From Candidatus Limnocylindria bacterium (GTDB lineage Bacteria; Chloroflexota; Limnocylindria; QHBO01): a stretch of 64,000 nt of DNA. Made by a program: the position numbers and the translations under genes. The stretch spans positions 4,477 through 68,476 of the forward strand of contig DASYRA010000026.1 in assembly GCA_036004845.1 (NCBI GenBank), given 5' to 3'. Position 1 is the first letter of the stretch. Each line of letters opens with the position of its first letter. Below, piece by piece: positions 1-7,721 of this stretch. Under the pieces are notes generated by a model. It was not told the origin of the DNA. It saw only the letters and a program-made list of their open reading frames with translations, and searched no databases.

Positions 1-719
1 CTGCGACCCATCGCCTCGCCCACCACGTAATCAGCGGTCGGAGGGAGGGTCGGCAGCTCCTCGGCGGTCACTGGCGCGACGTAGCCGATCGTCTGGCCGG
101 CAAGCCACTCCTGCGGGTAGACCCGCTTGCCGTCATCGCGCGTCTCGGCAAAGACGGCCCCACCGACCGCGACAATGCGGCCACGCCGCGCCGCTGAGCG
201 CCGCAGCGCCAGCGTGTCACGGTCGCTCAGCCCGGGGAACAGCAGGGAGGGGCTCCAGCGCACCTCCCAACCGGCGATCCCCCCGGTGACGACGAGCGTG
301 CGACGGACCGCATAGGTCCCGAATCGATCGGTCTCGAAGATGAGGCCGATCGGCACCTCGAACGCCGGAATCGGACCCTCCGACCCGCTCGCCGATTGGG
401 CGCTGCCGCGGATCGGAGCGCCCTCCTGGCCGACGATCCGGGTGACCCCGGCCAGCTCATCGAACTGCCGGAGCAGGCCGATGATGGCCTCGGGCGTGTA
501 GCGATCCCGATCCGCGGGCGCCAGCAGCTCTGCCATCCGTTCGTAGCGCCCTCCGCGCCAGGCTGCCACGAATCTGCGCGCCGCCAGGCGAGCCGCATCG
601 GCATCCGGGTTCGCGGGCACTGCCGACGGGGATGCGCTCGCGCTCGGCTCAATGGTCGGCGGGCCGGCACACCCGGCCAGCAGCGTCGCGACCAGAAGCA
701 CTCTCGCAGTCCGCGCCAT
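1..719 (-). CDS. penicillin-binding protein, N-terminal part (lipoprotein signal, NTF2-like/MecA_N-type region, start of PBP dimerisation region); C-terminus lies beyond the window start
   Basis: My own translation of the minus strand from ATG at 719. It reads MARTARVLLVATLLAGCAGPP (signal peptide with LAGC lipobox) and later RGRIVAVGGAVFAETRDDGKRVYPQEWLAGQTIGYVAPVTAEEL, typical of class B PBP N-termini. The frame stays open to position 1. It is absent from the ORF track because no stop lies in the window. Confidence 0.6.
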   Translation of the reverse strand, partial: MARTARVLLVATLLAGCAGPPTIEPSASASPSAVPANPDADAARLAARRFVAAWRGGRYERMAELLAPADRDRYTPEAIIGLLRQFDELAGVTRIVGQEGAPIRGSAQSASGSEGPIPAFEVPIGLIFETDRFGTYAVRRTLVVTGGIAGWEVRWSPSLLFPGLSDRDTLALRRSAARRGRIVAVGGAVFAETRDDGKRVYPQEWLAGQTIGYVAPVTAEELPTLPPTADYVVGEAMGR

Positions 720-733
720 CACGCGCGACCGGA

Positions 734-1453
734 TCATCGGGCGAGCATCACCCGGCGAAAGCCCTCTGCCGCGGCATACCCGGCGCGCTCACCAAGCTCC
801 TCGGCTCCCCGCCGCACCCACCGCGCGGTCTCGCCATAGTCACGGAACTGGCTTGCGTGATGCGCGAGCGCAGCAATCTTGCGCTCGAGGGTGTCGCCGA
901 TGTCCACCAGCTGGTTCGCCTCGTTGGTGCTCCACAGGAAGAGCTCGGCCACCTTCCAGGCGTCGAGGCCGGCGGCGATGTGCTCGGGGAAGTTGAGCGG
1001 GTCGCGCGCGGTCGGGAAGACCGCGTCGACCACCACTGTCCCCACCGCCCGGTGGTCGGGGTGGTTGACCCACTCGTTGTTCACGAACAGGACGGTGGGA
1101 TCGTGGCTCATCACGATCTCGGGGCGAAAGGTTCTGATGACGCGGGTGACGCGCTCGCGCAGGCGCAGGCTTGGCTCCACCTGCCCGTCTGGCTCACCGA
1201 GGAACTCGACCGCGGTGACCCCGATCTCGGCGGCGGCCGCCCGCTGCTCTCCCTCGCGCAGGCTTGCCAGGGCGGCGGGGTCGGTGCTCGGGTTGTCGCT
1301 CCCCTTGTCGCCCCGCGTCATCAGCAGGTAGCTGACCGCGGCGCCCTCGGTGATCCAGCGAGCCACCGTCCCCGCCGCCCCGAACTCGATGTCGTCGGGA
1401 TGCGCAGCGACGACGAGGACGCGTTCGGGTGTCGGGAGCCGGTCGTTGGGCAT
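734..1453 (-). CDS. PIG-L family deacetylase (LmbE/MshB-like)
   Basis: 239-aa ORF with N-terminal VLVVAAHPDDIEFGAAG and a later HPDH motif, characteristic of PIG-L/LmbE zinc deacetylases. Strong GC3 bias. Confidence 0.85.
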   Translation of the reverse strand: MPNDRLPTPERVLVVAAHPDDIEFGAAGTVARWITEGAAVSYLLMTRGDKGSDNPSTDPAALASLREGEQRAAAAEIGVTAVEFLGEPDGQVEPSLRLRERVTRVIRTFRPEIVMSHDPTVLFVNNEWVNHPDHRAVGTVVVDAVFPTARDPLNFPEHIAAGLDAWKVAELFLWSTNEANQLVDIGDTLERKIAALAHHASQFRDYGETARWVRRGAEELGERAGYAAAEGFRRVMLAR

Positions 1454-1490
1454 CGGTCACTGGTGGTGGGGCGGGATGGAGGTGCGCCGA

Positions 1491-1499
1491 ATCCTACCA
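1491..1499 (-). promoter_or_regulatory. candidate extended -10 promoter element (TGGTAGGAT) for the PIG-L gene
   Basis: Minus strand reads gacTGGTAGGATtcgg, 37 nt upstream of ATG 1453, in the 59-nt gap after the SbcC-like stop. An AT-rich hexamer stands out in GC-rich DNA. Confidence 0.35.
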
Positions 1500-1512
1500 G
1501 TCGAGGGTCGGA

Positions 1513-4005
1513 TCAGCGGCTGGCGGCCTCGGCCAGTGGTGCGCTGGATGGAGCGGCCAGCCGAACGAGCCGATCCCGCGGCTCGATGAGCGCCTGGCTG
1601 GCCCACTCGACGACCTCTGCGTCGTGGCTGAAGAGGATGACCTGGCGGTCCGCGCTGAGCGCGTGCAGCACGTCGAGGATCCTGCGCTTCCGCTCGGGGT
1701 CCGACTGGGCCGTCACCTCGTCGAGGAGGAGGGGGGAACGCTCGTCGGTGGTCACCAGGTGCTCGGCCATCGCGACCCGCAGGAGGAGGTAGATCTGCTC
1801 ACGCGTCCCCTCTGAGAGGAGGCGAGCGTCGCGCCACTGGCCGGTGCGCGCCTCCTTGACGTCGACTGACAGGTCACGAGGGTTCATCCCCACCTCGACG
1901 TAGGCGCCGCCCGTGATCGCCGGCAGGTGGCGCTGGACGGAATCGGTAAGGATCGGGGCCAGGTCGCGATGGACACGCCGTTCGGCAGCCTCCAGCAGGG
2001 CCAGGGTCTCGTCGATCACCGCCGCGAGCTCCTGGACACGGGCCAGCTCGGCGCCCGCCGCCTCGGCTCGCTCCTCCGCCTCGGCGACGTCCGGCAGCGT
2101 GGTCGCCAGCAGGCGCAGCTCCCCGGTGAGGGCGTCGACCGCCTCCTTGCTGCGGGACGCCTCGGCGCGGGCGGCTGCCACCGCCTCGCTCGCATCCGCC
2201 CTCGCGGGGAGCGACGCGACTTCGCCCGCCACCGCGAGCAGCCTGGCTGCTGCCTGGTCCCGTTGCGCAGCGTCCTGCTGAAGTTCCGCGAGTGTCCTGC
2301 CCGCCAGGAGGCCCTGGAGCTCCTGCCATTCCCGGATCGCAACCTCGCTGGCGCGTGCCATCTCGGCGCGCCGCCCCTGCCACGCCGCCAGGCTGGCGGC
2401 CAGTGCCTCGAGGGCCGCGTCGGCCGGCTCGCCGATGCGTCCCGCGGCGTCGCGCAGCGAGCGCTCGAGCGCGGCGGCGGCGGCCATGGCTCGGGCGGCG
2501 CCCTCCTCGGCCGCCCTGCGGGCCTCGACCGCGCGCTGCAGCCCCTCCGCCCCCGCGGCTGCGCGGGCCAGGTCGTCGCGCTCGGCACACGCGGCCTCGT
2601 ATGCGACGGCGGCGGCGCGGAGGTCCTCCTCGTAGGGCGCCCCTCGCGCAGCCAGCGCCGCGCGCAGCACCTCCTCGGCGGCCCGAATCGCCGCTCGCAG
2701 CAGAGCCGATTCGCCCACTCCATCCGATGGCAGATCCGCGATTGGTCCGCGGGCCGGCGTCGGGCGGCTCGACCAGGCCCACGCGCCGAGGGCGAGGCCG
2801 GCGGCGACCAGCGCCAGGCCATAGAGCGGCTGGCCGAGGGCCACGAGCACGAGGCCCGCCACGGCGGCACCGGCAGCCCCGACCATCGGAAGCCGTGGCG
2901 GCAGCGCTTCCGCCGTCGACGGCGTAGGGGCTGGAGGGCGCTCGAGATGGATGCGCAATGCCTCCTCGGCGAGGTCGAGGGAGCGGGTTGCGTCGAGGAC
3001 CGACCGGTCCGATCGCCGGTCCCCCTCCGGGATTGTCGGGAGCGCCGCCAGCTGCTCGTTGAGCTCCGCCGCCGACGGCCCGGTCAGCGCGACCGGGGCG
3101 GGGCGGCGGCGCCAGGCCTCGAGCGCGGCCGCCACGTCGTCGGCCAGCTCGTCGCGGCTCGCCAACGCGGCCGGTGCCTGCGGATGAGCGGCTGCCAGCG
3201 CGGACGCGCGCGCCGCCCGCGCGGACAGGCCGTCCGCCTCGCGCCGTGCGAGGGCGGCCTCGGCACCGGCCAGCTGGCGCTCTGCCGCCAGGTGCGCTCG
3301 CGACGCCTCTTCGAGCCGCGCCTCCCGGTCGAGGTACTCGCCATGGATCCGCCGTGCCTCCGTCAGGGCAACATCCGCGGCCTCCTGCTCGCGCATGGCG
3401 GCCCACATCGGCCCGGTCGCTCCGACTCGGACCGCGCCGACCGCCTCGCGACGAAATCCCTTCAGCCGCTCGATCGCCTCGGCCGCGGTGGCATCGGTGC
3501 CGCGGGTGGCGGCCGCGCGCTGCATGTGGTCCTGCAGCGAGGCTGCGCTGTCGGCCACGGCCATGATCTGCGCCTGGCTGACGGCGGCGACCGAGGCGAA
3601 CGACTCGCGATCGAGGCCGAGCCAGCGCGTCGCGTCGGGCGACCCCTCGTTGATGATCTCCATCGAGACGTTGTCGCCCAGCACCACGTCACGAGCCCGC
3701 GATTGGACTCGACCGGCGAGGTCCTGGGCGATGTCGATGGTTCGGCCATCGGCAAGATGCAGCCGTGCCTCGACCTCCCAACGCTCGGGCGAATCCCACG
3801 GCCGGTGGCGCTCGATGACCGCTGCGGTCTCCTTGGTGCGCCCCGGGCCGCGCCGTACTCCCGTCAGCGCGAGGCGAGTCGCGGCGTGCCAGCTCGTCTT
3901 GCCCGCCTCGTTCGGGCCGCCGATCACGGTCATCCCCTCGCCGAGCTCCAGGGTCTCATCGGTGAGCGGGCCGAAGGCGCGGGCGATGACACGCTCGATC
4001 CACAT
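1513..4005 (-). CDS. SbcC/Rad50-like AAA ATPase (YhaN/SbcE type) with a central hydrophobic hairpin
   Basis: Track ORF 1513..4341 trimmed to ATG 4005 (MWIERVIARAFGPL), 2 nt after the stop of the upstream nuclease gene. It has Walker A GGPNEAGKTS, a long Ala/Glu/Arg-rich coiled coil, and C-terminal LLLDEVTAQSD (Walker B/D-loop). The 112 extra N-terminal residues in the track are Arg/Pro-rich and overlap the neighbouring gene. Confidence 0.8.
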   Translation of the reverse strand: MWIERVIARAFGPLTDETLELGEGMTVIGGPNEAGKTSWHAATRLALTGVRRGPGRTKETAAVIERHRPWDSPERWEVEARLHLADGRTIDIAQDLAGRVQSRARDVVLGDNVSMEIINEGSPDATRWLGLDRESFASVAAVSQAQIMAVADSAASLQDHMQRAAATRGTDATAAEAIERLKGFRREAVGAVRVGATGPMWAAMREQEAADVALTEARRIHGEYLDREARLEEASRAHLAAERQLAGAEAALARREADGLSARAARASALAAAHPQAPAALASRDELADDVAAALEAWRRRPAPVALTGPSAAELNEQLAALPTIPEGDRRSDRSVLDATRSLDLAEEALRIHLERPPAPTPSTAEALPPRLPMVGAAGAAVAGLVLVALGQPLYGLALVAAGLALGAWAWSSRPTPARGPIADLPSDGVGESALLRAAIRAAEEVLRAALAARGAPYEEDLRAAAVAYEAACAERDDLARAAAGAEGLQRAVEARRAAEEGAARAMAAAAALERSLRDAAGRIGEPADAALEALAASLAAWQGRRAEMARASEVAIREWQELQGLLAGRTLAELQQDAAQRDQAAARLLAVAGEVASLPARADASEAVAAARAEASRSKEAVDALTGELRLLATTLPDVAEAEERAEAAGAELARVQELAAVIDETLALLEAAERRVHRDLAPILTDSVQRHLPAITGGAYVEVGMNPRDLSVDVKEARTGQWRDARLLSEGTREQIYLLLRVAMAEHLVTTDERSPLLLDEVTAQSDPERKRRILDVLHALSADRQVILFSHDAEVVEWASQALIEPRDRLVRLAAPSSAPLAEAASR

Positions 4006-4007
4006 GC

Positions 4008-5099
4008 TCAGGCCACCTCGAGGTCCGCGCGACCCTCGAGCGCCCGCAGCCCGGTGATGAGCACCTTGCGGCGCCGATCGTCGTCGGTGATCGCCAGCGT
4101 GTCGCGTGCGAACTGGCCGCGAACGGTGGCCTCCGCGTGGATGGCCTCGAGGTCGTACGAGGGGAGGAGCGCGGCGGCTCGGACGACGAAGCCGTCGAGG
4201 TGATCCCCCAGCTGGACGAGCGCCCGTGGGTCGACCGGCAGGTCGGCCGGCACCTCGCCGCTCAGCGTCACGCGCACCGAGCCGTTGAGCGGGGCGATGG
4301 CCATCGCGATCCGCTGGCGGACGTCGTCGAGGTGGTGGCACCCGTCGAGGTTGACCGCGAGGTCGTGCACCTGGCTCACCGCGACCGAGCGACGGTCACG
4401 CGTCACGGTGCCGTCGTCCGCGACGGTGGCAAGCACAGCACCACGGCCCTCCGACTCTCCGAATTCGAGCGGATCGGGGTTGCCGGGATACGTGTACCGC
4501 TCGCGGTCTCGCGCCACGTGATAGTGGCCGAGGAAGGCGTGGGCGATGCCCGCGGCCTCCAGCTCGGCGGCGTCAAACGGGGAGTGCGGCTCCTTCCCGG
4601 ACTCCTGGAACGGCAGGGCGCTGCGCTCCGAGGCATGGGCCAGGGCCAGGTGCACGCCACCGCGATCGGTTCGGAAGCCGGCGAAGAAGGACCCGGTGCC
4701 GGCCGGTGCGCGATGCGCCGCTCCCCACAGGATGAGGCCATCGGTGAGCTCGACCGGGGTCAGCTGCTCGTCGGTAAAGAGGTGGACGTTGGGGCTCCAC
4801 TCGACCAGCGCGTACGGACTGCGTGGCGAGTACCAGTCGTGGTTGCCCGGGGCGAGGTAGACCGGCAGATCGGTCCGGGCGAAGCTCTCGCGCAGGAAGG
4901 TGACGGTGTCAGGCGTGAAGCGATCGTGCTCGAAGAGGTCGCCGGCGCACAGCAGCGCATCGACTCGCTCCTCCTCTGCCAGCATCAGGATGCGGGTCAG
5001 CGTCTCGCGGCGGTTCCTGCGACGCAGGCGCGCGGTCTCGGGGCGCGCCCAGGCGAACGGCGCGTCGAGGTGGAGGTCGGCGAAATGCAGGAGCCGCAT
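4008..5099 (-). CDS. SbcD/YhaO-like metallophosphoesterase (DNA repair exonuclease subunit)
   Basis: MRLLHFADLHLDAPF, GDLFEH and GNHDW metallophosphatase motifs. Start taken at ATG 5099 (track start 5129 adds 10 residues). Immediately upstream of the SbcC-like ATPase. Confidence 0.85.
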   Translation of the reverse strand: MRLLHFADLHLDAPFAWARPETARLRRRNRRETLTRILMLAEEERVDALLCAGDLFEHDRFTPDTVTFLRESFARTDLPVYLAPGNHDWYSPRSPYALVEWSPNVHLFTDEQLTPVELTDGLILWGAAHRAPAGTGSFFAGFRTDRGGVHLALAHASERSALPFQESGKEPHSPFDAAELEAAGIAHAFLGHYHVARDRERYTYPGNPDPLEFGESEGRGAVLATVADDGTVTRDRRSVAVSQVHDLAVNLDGCHHLDDVRQRIAMAIAPLNGSVRVTLSGEVPADLPVDPRALVQLGDHLDGFVVRAAALLPSYDLEAIHAEATVRGQFARDTLAITDDDRRRKVLITGLRALEGRADLEVA

Positions 5100-5107
5100 G
5101 ATCGGCA

Positions 5108-5113
5108 AGCCTA
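5108..5113 (-). promoter_or_regulatory. candidate -10 element (TAGGCT) 8 nt upstream of the SbcD-like ATG
   Basis: Minus strand reads ggtgGCTAGGCTtgccgatcATG. The geometry implies a leaderless or very short-leader mRNA. Confidence 0.35.
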
Positions 5114-5180
5114 GCCACCTTCGCGACACCTAGGCCGTCGCGTTCGACGTGGCGAGCCCCGGATTGGCGACCCCCGGACG

Positions 5181-5351
5181 TCAGGCCGAGCGATCGGCGC
5201 GCTGCTGGTATCCGAAGACGACGATTCCCGCCAGGAGGATGAGGTGGATCAGGCCGCCGACGCTGAAGCCGCCGATCAGGAGCAGGAACCAGGCGAGCAC
5301 CAGCACGACCGGCAGCGACCGCCAGGCGAGGTAGCTCCACTCGGGGCTCAC
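5181..5351 (-). CDS. small membrane protein, lmo0937-family-like (56 aa)
   Basis: Below the track size cut-off; my translation is VSPEWSYLAWRSLPVVLVLAWFLLLIGGFSVGGLIHLILLAGIVVFGYQQRADRSA. The GTG start overlaps the upstream stop (GTGA). Two predicted TM helices and the GGLIHL(L/I)L motif recalled from the lmo0937 family. Confidence 0.5.
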   Translation of the reverse strand: MSPEWSYLAWRSLPVVLVLAWFLLLIGGFSVGGLIHLILLAGIVVFGYQQRADRSA

Positions 5352-5494
5352 GGCTCCCCCTGGCGCTCGTTGATCACCTGGACCACCAGGAGCACGGCGG
5401 CAACCACCAGCAGCAGGTTGACAAGCGGCCCGAGCTGCAGGAGAAGGCCGACGAACCAGGCCACCAGCGTGATCGCGATGCCGGTCCAGATCAT
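5348..5494 (-). CDS. small membrane protein, lmo0937-family-like (48 aa)
   Basis: C-terminal part of spurious track ORF 5348..6094, starting at ATG 5494, which overlaps the bcp stop (ATGA). Sequence: MIWTGIAITLVAWFVGLLLQLGPLVNLLLVVAAVLLVVQVINERQGEP. Paralogous in pattern to the next small ORF. Confidence 0.55.
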   Translation of the reverse strand: MIWTGIAITLVAWFVGLLLQLGPLVNLLLVVAAVLLVVQVINERQGEP

Positions 5495-5955
5495 GCGGCC
5501 AGCCGCTCCATCAGCAGGTCGACATGCTCGACTGGCTTGACGCGCGGAAGGACGTGCTCGACCCGTCCGTCGGGGCCGATGATGAACGATGTCCGTTCGA
5601 CGCCCTTGTACGTCCTGCCGGCGAACGTCTTCTCGACCCAGGTGCCGAAGGCCTCGGCTGTCTGGTGGCCGGCGTCGGCCAGCAGCCGGTAGGGGAGGTC
5701 GTACTTCTGGCGGAACTTGACGTGGCTCGCGACCGAGTCCGGGGAGACGCCGAAGACCTCGACTCCGGTGTCGATCACGCGCCCGAAGTTGTCGCGCAGG
5801 GAGCACGCCTGGGTCGTACAGCCGGGAGTGTCGTCCTTCGGATAGAAGTACATGACATAGCGGCGCCCGAGGAGGCTCTCGTTCGAGACGGTCGCCCCGT
5901 CGTCGGCCAGCATCTCGAACGACGGAACGGGGTCCCCGGGCTGCGGGTAGCTCAT
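5491..5955 (-). CDS. bcp: thioredoxin-dependent peroxiredoxin Bcp
   Basis: 154 aa. YFYPKDDTPGCTTQAC peroxidatic-Cys motif with full-length AhpC/TSA-type sequence. Confidence 0.95.
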   Translation of the reverse strand: MSYPQPGDPVPSFEMLADDGATVSNESLLGRRYVMYFYPKDDTPGCTTQACSLRDNFGRVIDTGVEVFGVSPDSVASHVKFRQKYDLPYRLLADAGHQTAEAFGTWVEKTFAGRTYKGVERTSFIIGPDGRVEHVLPRVKPVEHVDLLMERLAA

Positions 5956-5969
5956 GCCGGCATCGTACC

Positions 5970-6965
5970 TCAGCCCATCTCCTCGATCGCCAGCAGCACG
6001 GGGGGAAGGTCGCGGGGCAGAAGGCGATCGGCGAGGTCCGTAGCGACCTCTCCGATGAGCTCGTCGCTCGCCTCGGCCAGGTCGTGACCGGCACCCGGGA
6101 TCGGCCAGCTCCGGGGTTCGCTCTCAGCCTCCCGCAGCGCGGCCAGCAGCAGCACCGATTCGTCCGGGTCGGCCCAGCTGTCCGACCCGCCGTGGACCAG
6201 CGTGACTGACCGATGCAGCATCGTGGCGAGGGCGAGCGGTGGCGTGTGGATCGCCTGCTCGAACGGAGCCAGCGCCAGCGTCACCGGCCGTCCCCCGCGC
6301 AACGGGAGCGTGACGCTCGGCTCGCGTCGCTCGGCACGCTCGATCAGCTCCTCGGCCCAGCGGTCGATGGCGGCAACGATCGGATGCTCGTGCTCCGTCC
6401 CCTCGCGCCCTCGGGTGGCGGCCGCGCGGCGGAGCGTCTGTGCCCACGACCTGGCGGACGCCCCGATCAGGGTCAGCGCCGACACCGCCGGATCACCGAT
6501 CGCGACGGCGAGCGCGATCCCGGCGCCCTCGCCGTGCCCCACGATCCCGGATCGGCGCAGGTCGAGCTCGCGGCGGCCGCGCATCGCGGCGAGGAGGTCC
6601 CGCGCGTCGTCGATCCTGGCGAAGAGGGTGACCTCCTCCCACGCACCCTCCGAGCCGGCGCAGCCGCGGGGATCGGCGCGCAGCGAAGCGACGCCGCGAT
6701 GGGCCAGCGCCTCGGCCAGGCGTGCCAGCAGGCCGGCCTGCGCCTCGCCCTCAGGAGATGGCGCGAACCAGTCAGGGTGGCCGATGCGGTCGTAGCCACC
6801 GTCGCGTTCGCGCGGCAGCCAGGATGGAAGCAGCAGGACATTCGGGTAGCGGCCGTTCGCATCATCGGCGGCTGGCTCGTCCGGCAACAGCAGCGTGGCC
6901 GCCAGGGTGGCGTCGCCGGCCCGAACTGGGAGCTCCTCGGAGCGTGGCATGCCACGAGGGTACAC
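5970..6965 (-). CDS. alpha/beta-hydrolase fold protein with an atypical nucleophile elbow (GHGEG)
   Basis: 331 aa with typical alpha/beta hydrolase layout. The expected G-x-S-x-G position reads IVGHGEGAGIA, with no Ser/Cys/Asp nucleophile. Confidence 0.75.
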   Translation of the reverse strand: MYPRGMPRSEELPVRAGDATLAATLLLPDEPAADDANGRYPNVLLLPSWLPRERDGGYDRIGHPDWFAPSPEGEAQAGLLARLAEALAHRGVASLRADPRGCAGSEGAWEEVTLFARIDDARDLLAAMRGRRELDLRRSGIVGHGEGAGIALAVAIGDPAVSALTLIGASARSWAQTLRRAAATRGREGTEHEHPIVAAIDRWAEELIERAERREPSVTLPLRGGRPVTLALAPFEQAIHTPPLALATMLHRSVTLVHGGSDSWADPDESVLLLAALREAESEPRSWPIPGAGHDLAEASDELIGEVATDLADRLLPRDLPPVLLAIEEMG

Positions 6966-6977
6966 GCGGCCACGGGG

Positions 6978-7721
6978 CTAGAGCGCGGAGCCGATCCCGA
7001 GCGCAGCGGCGCCGACGACGGCTGCGGCGAGCAGGATGGCCCAGTCGGCCGCGCGCATCCGTTGCGGGCGAGCGATGGTGTGGCAGGGCGCGGTGCCGAA
7101 GCCGCGTGCATCCATCGCAAGGGCCAGGCGGGTCGCGCGACGGACCGACCCGACCAGCAAGGCCAGCAGCTTCCCGAAGGCGAGCCGTGCCGCGGCCAGC
7201 GGCGACCAGCCAGCGTCGACGCCCCGTGCCCGACGGGCCATGCCGAGCAGCTGCCATTCGATCGCCAGGATGGGGAGCATGCGGATGCCCGCCATCGCCG
7301 CCACGGCAAGCCGCGGGGAGAGATGCGCCTGCTGCTGGAGCGAGTCGGCCAGGTCGGTCGGGTCGGTGGTCACCACGGCCAGGACGCCGGCGAGGGCGAT
7401 CGCCAGCAGGCGCAGGCCGAGGGCGATGCCAGCCGCAAGGTCCGGGCTGCCGTTCACGTTGGGAGCGAGCAGCACGTTGAAGATGCCAACCATCAGGGCA
7501 GCGATCAGCAGCGGCCACGTCCTCCCCAGCAGCGCGCCCACGCCGAGGCCGGTGAGCGGGAGGCTGGCACCCATGGCGGCCAGCACCACGATCGGCGGGA
7601 CGGGGCCGGACGCCACGAACAGGAAGGCCATCAGGATGGCCGCGGCGCCCAGCTTCGCGACCGGGTTGGCGCGCGCCAGCGAAGCGCGGGGGTCGGGTCG
7701 CAGTGGGGTGAAGCGCCTCAT
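6978..7721 (-). CDS. ykoC: ECF transporter transmembrane (T) component, YkoC/CbiQ-like
   Basis: 247-aa polytopic membrane protein with the EcfT-type ARRARG / AMDARGF coupling motifs. ATGA overlap with the upstream ATPase gene. Confidence 0.8.
   Translation of the reverse strand: MRRFTPLRPDPRASLARANPVAKLGAAAILMAFLFVASGPVPPIVVLAAMGASLPLTGLGVGALLGRTWPLLIAALMVGIFNVLLAPNVNGSPDLAAGIALGLRLLAIALAGVLAVVTTDPTDLADSLQQQAHLSPRLAVAAMAGIRMLPILAIEWQLLGMARRARGVDAGWSPLAAARLAFGKLLALLVGSVRRATRLALAMDARGFGTAPCHTIARPQRMRAADWAILLAAAVVGAAALGIGSAL

Noticed and set aside
1874-4203. Very long alternate-frame ORFs over the SbcC-like gene (1874..3406 minus, 510 aa; 1927..4203 plus, 758 aa; several others).
   Set aside because: Their translations are Arg/Pro/Gly/Ala-rich low-complexity strings with no motifs. 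They fully overlap a gene with clear Walker motifs and proper GC3 bias. This is the usual high-GC artefact caused by stop-codon scarcity.
1513-4341. N-terminal extensions of many track ORFs, for example 1513..4341, 34615..36144, 37455..38258, 57590..59419, 58768..60960, 56763..57776, 38592..39683 and 27074..27688.
   Set aside because: The extensions are Arg/Pro-rich and overlap the upstream gene or a tRNA. They precede internal starts that coincide with stop-start overlaps (ATGA, GTGA, TGATG), RBSs or -10 boxes. I trimmed these ORFs to the internal starts.
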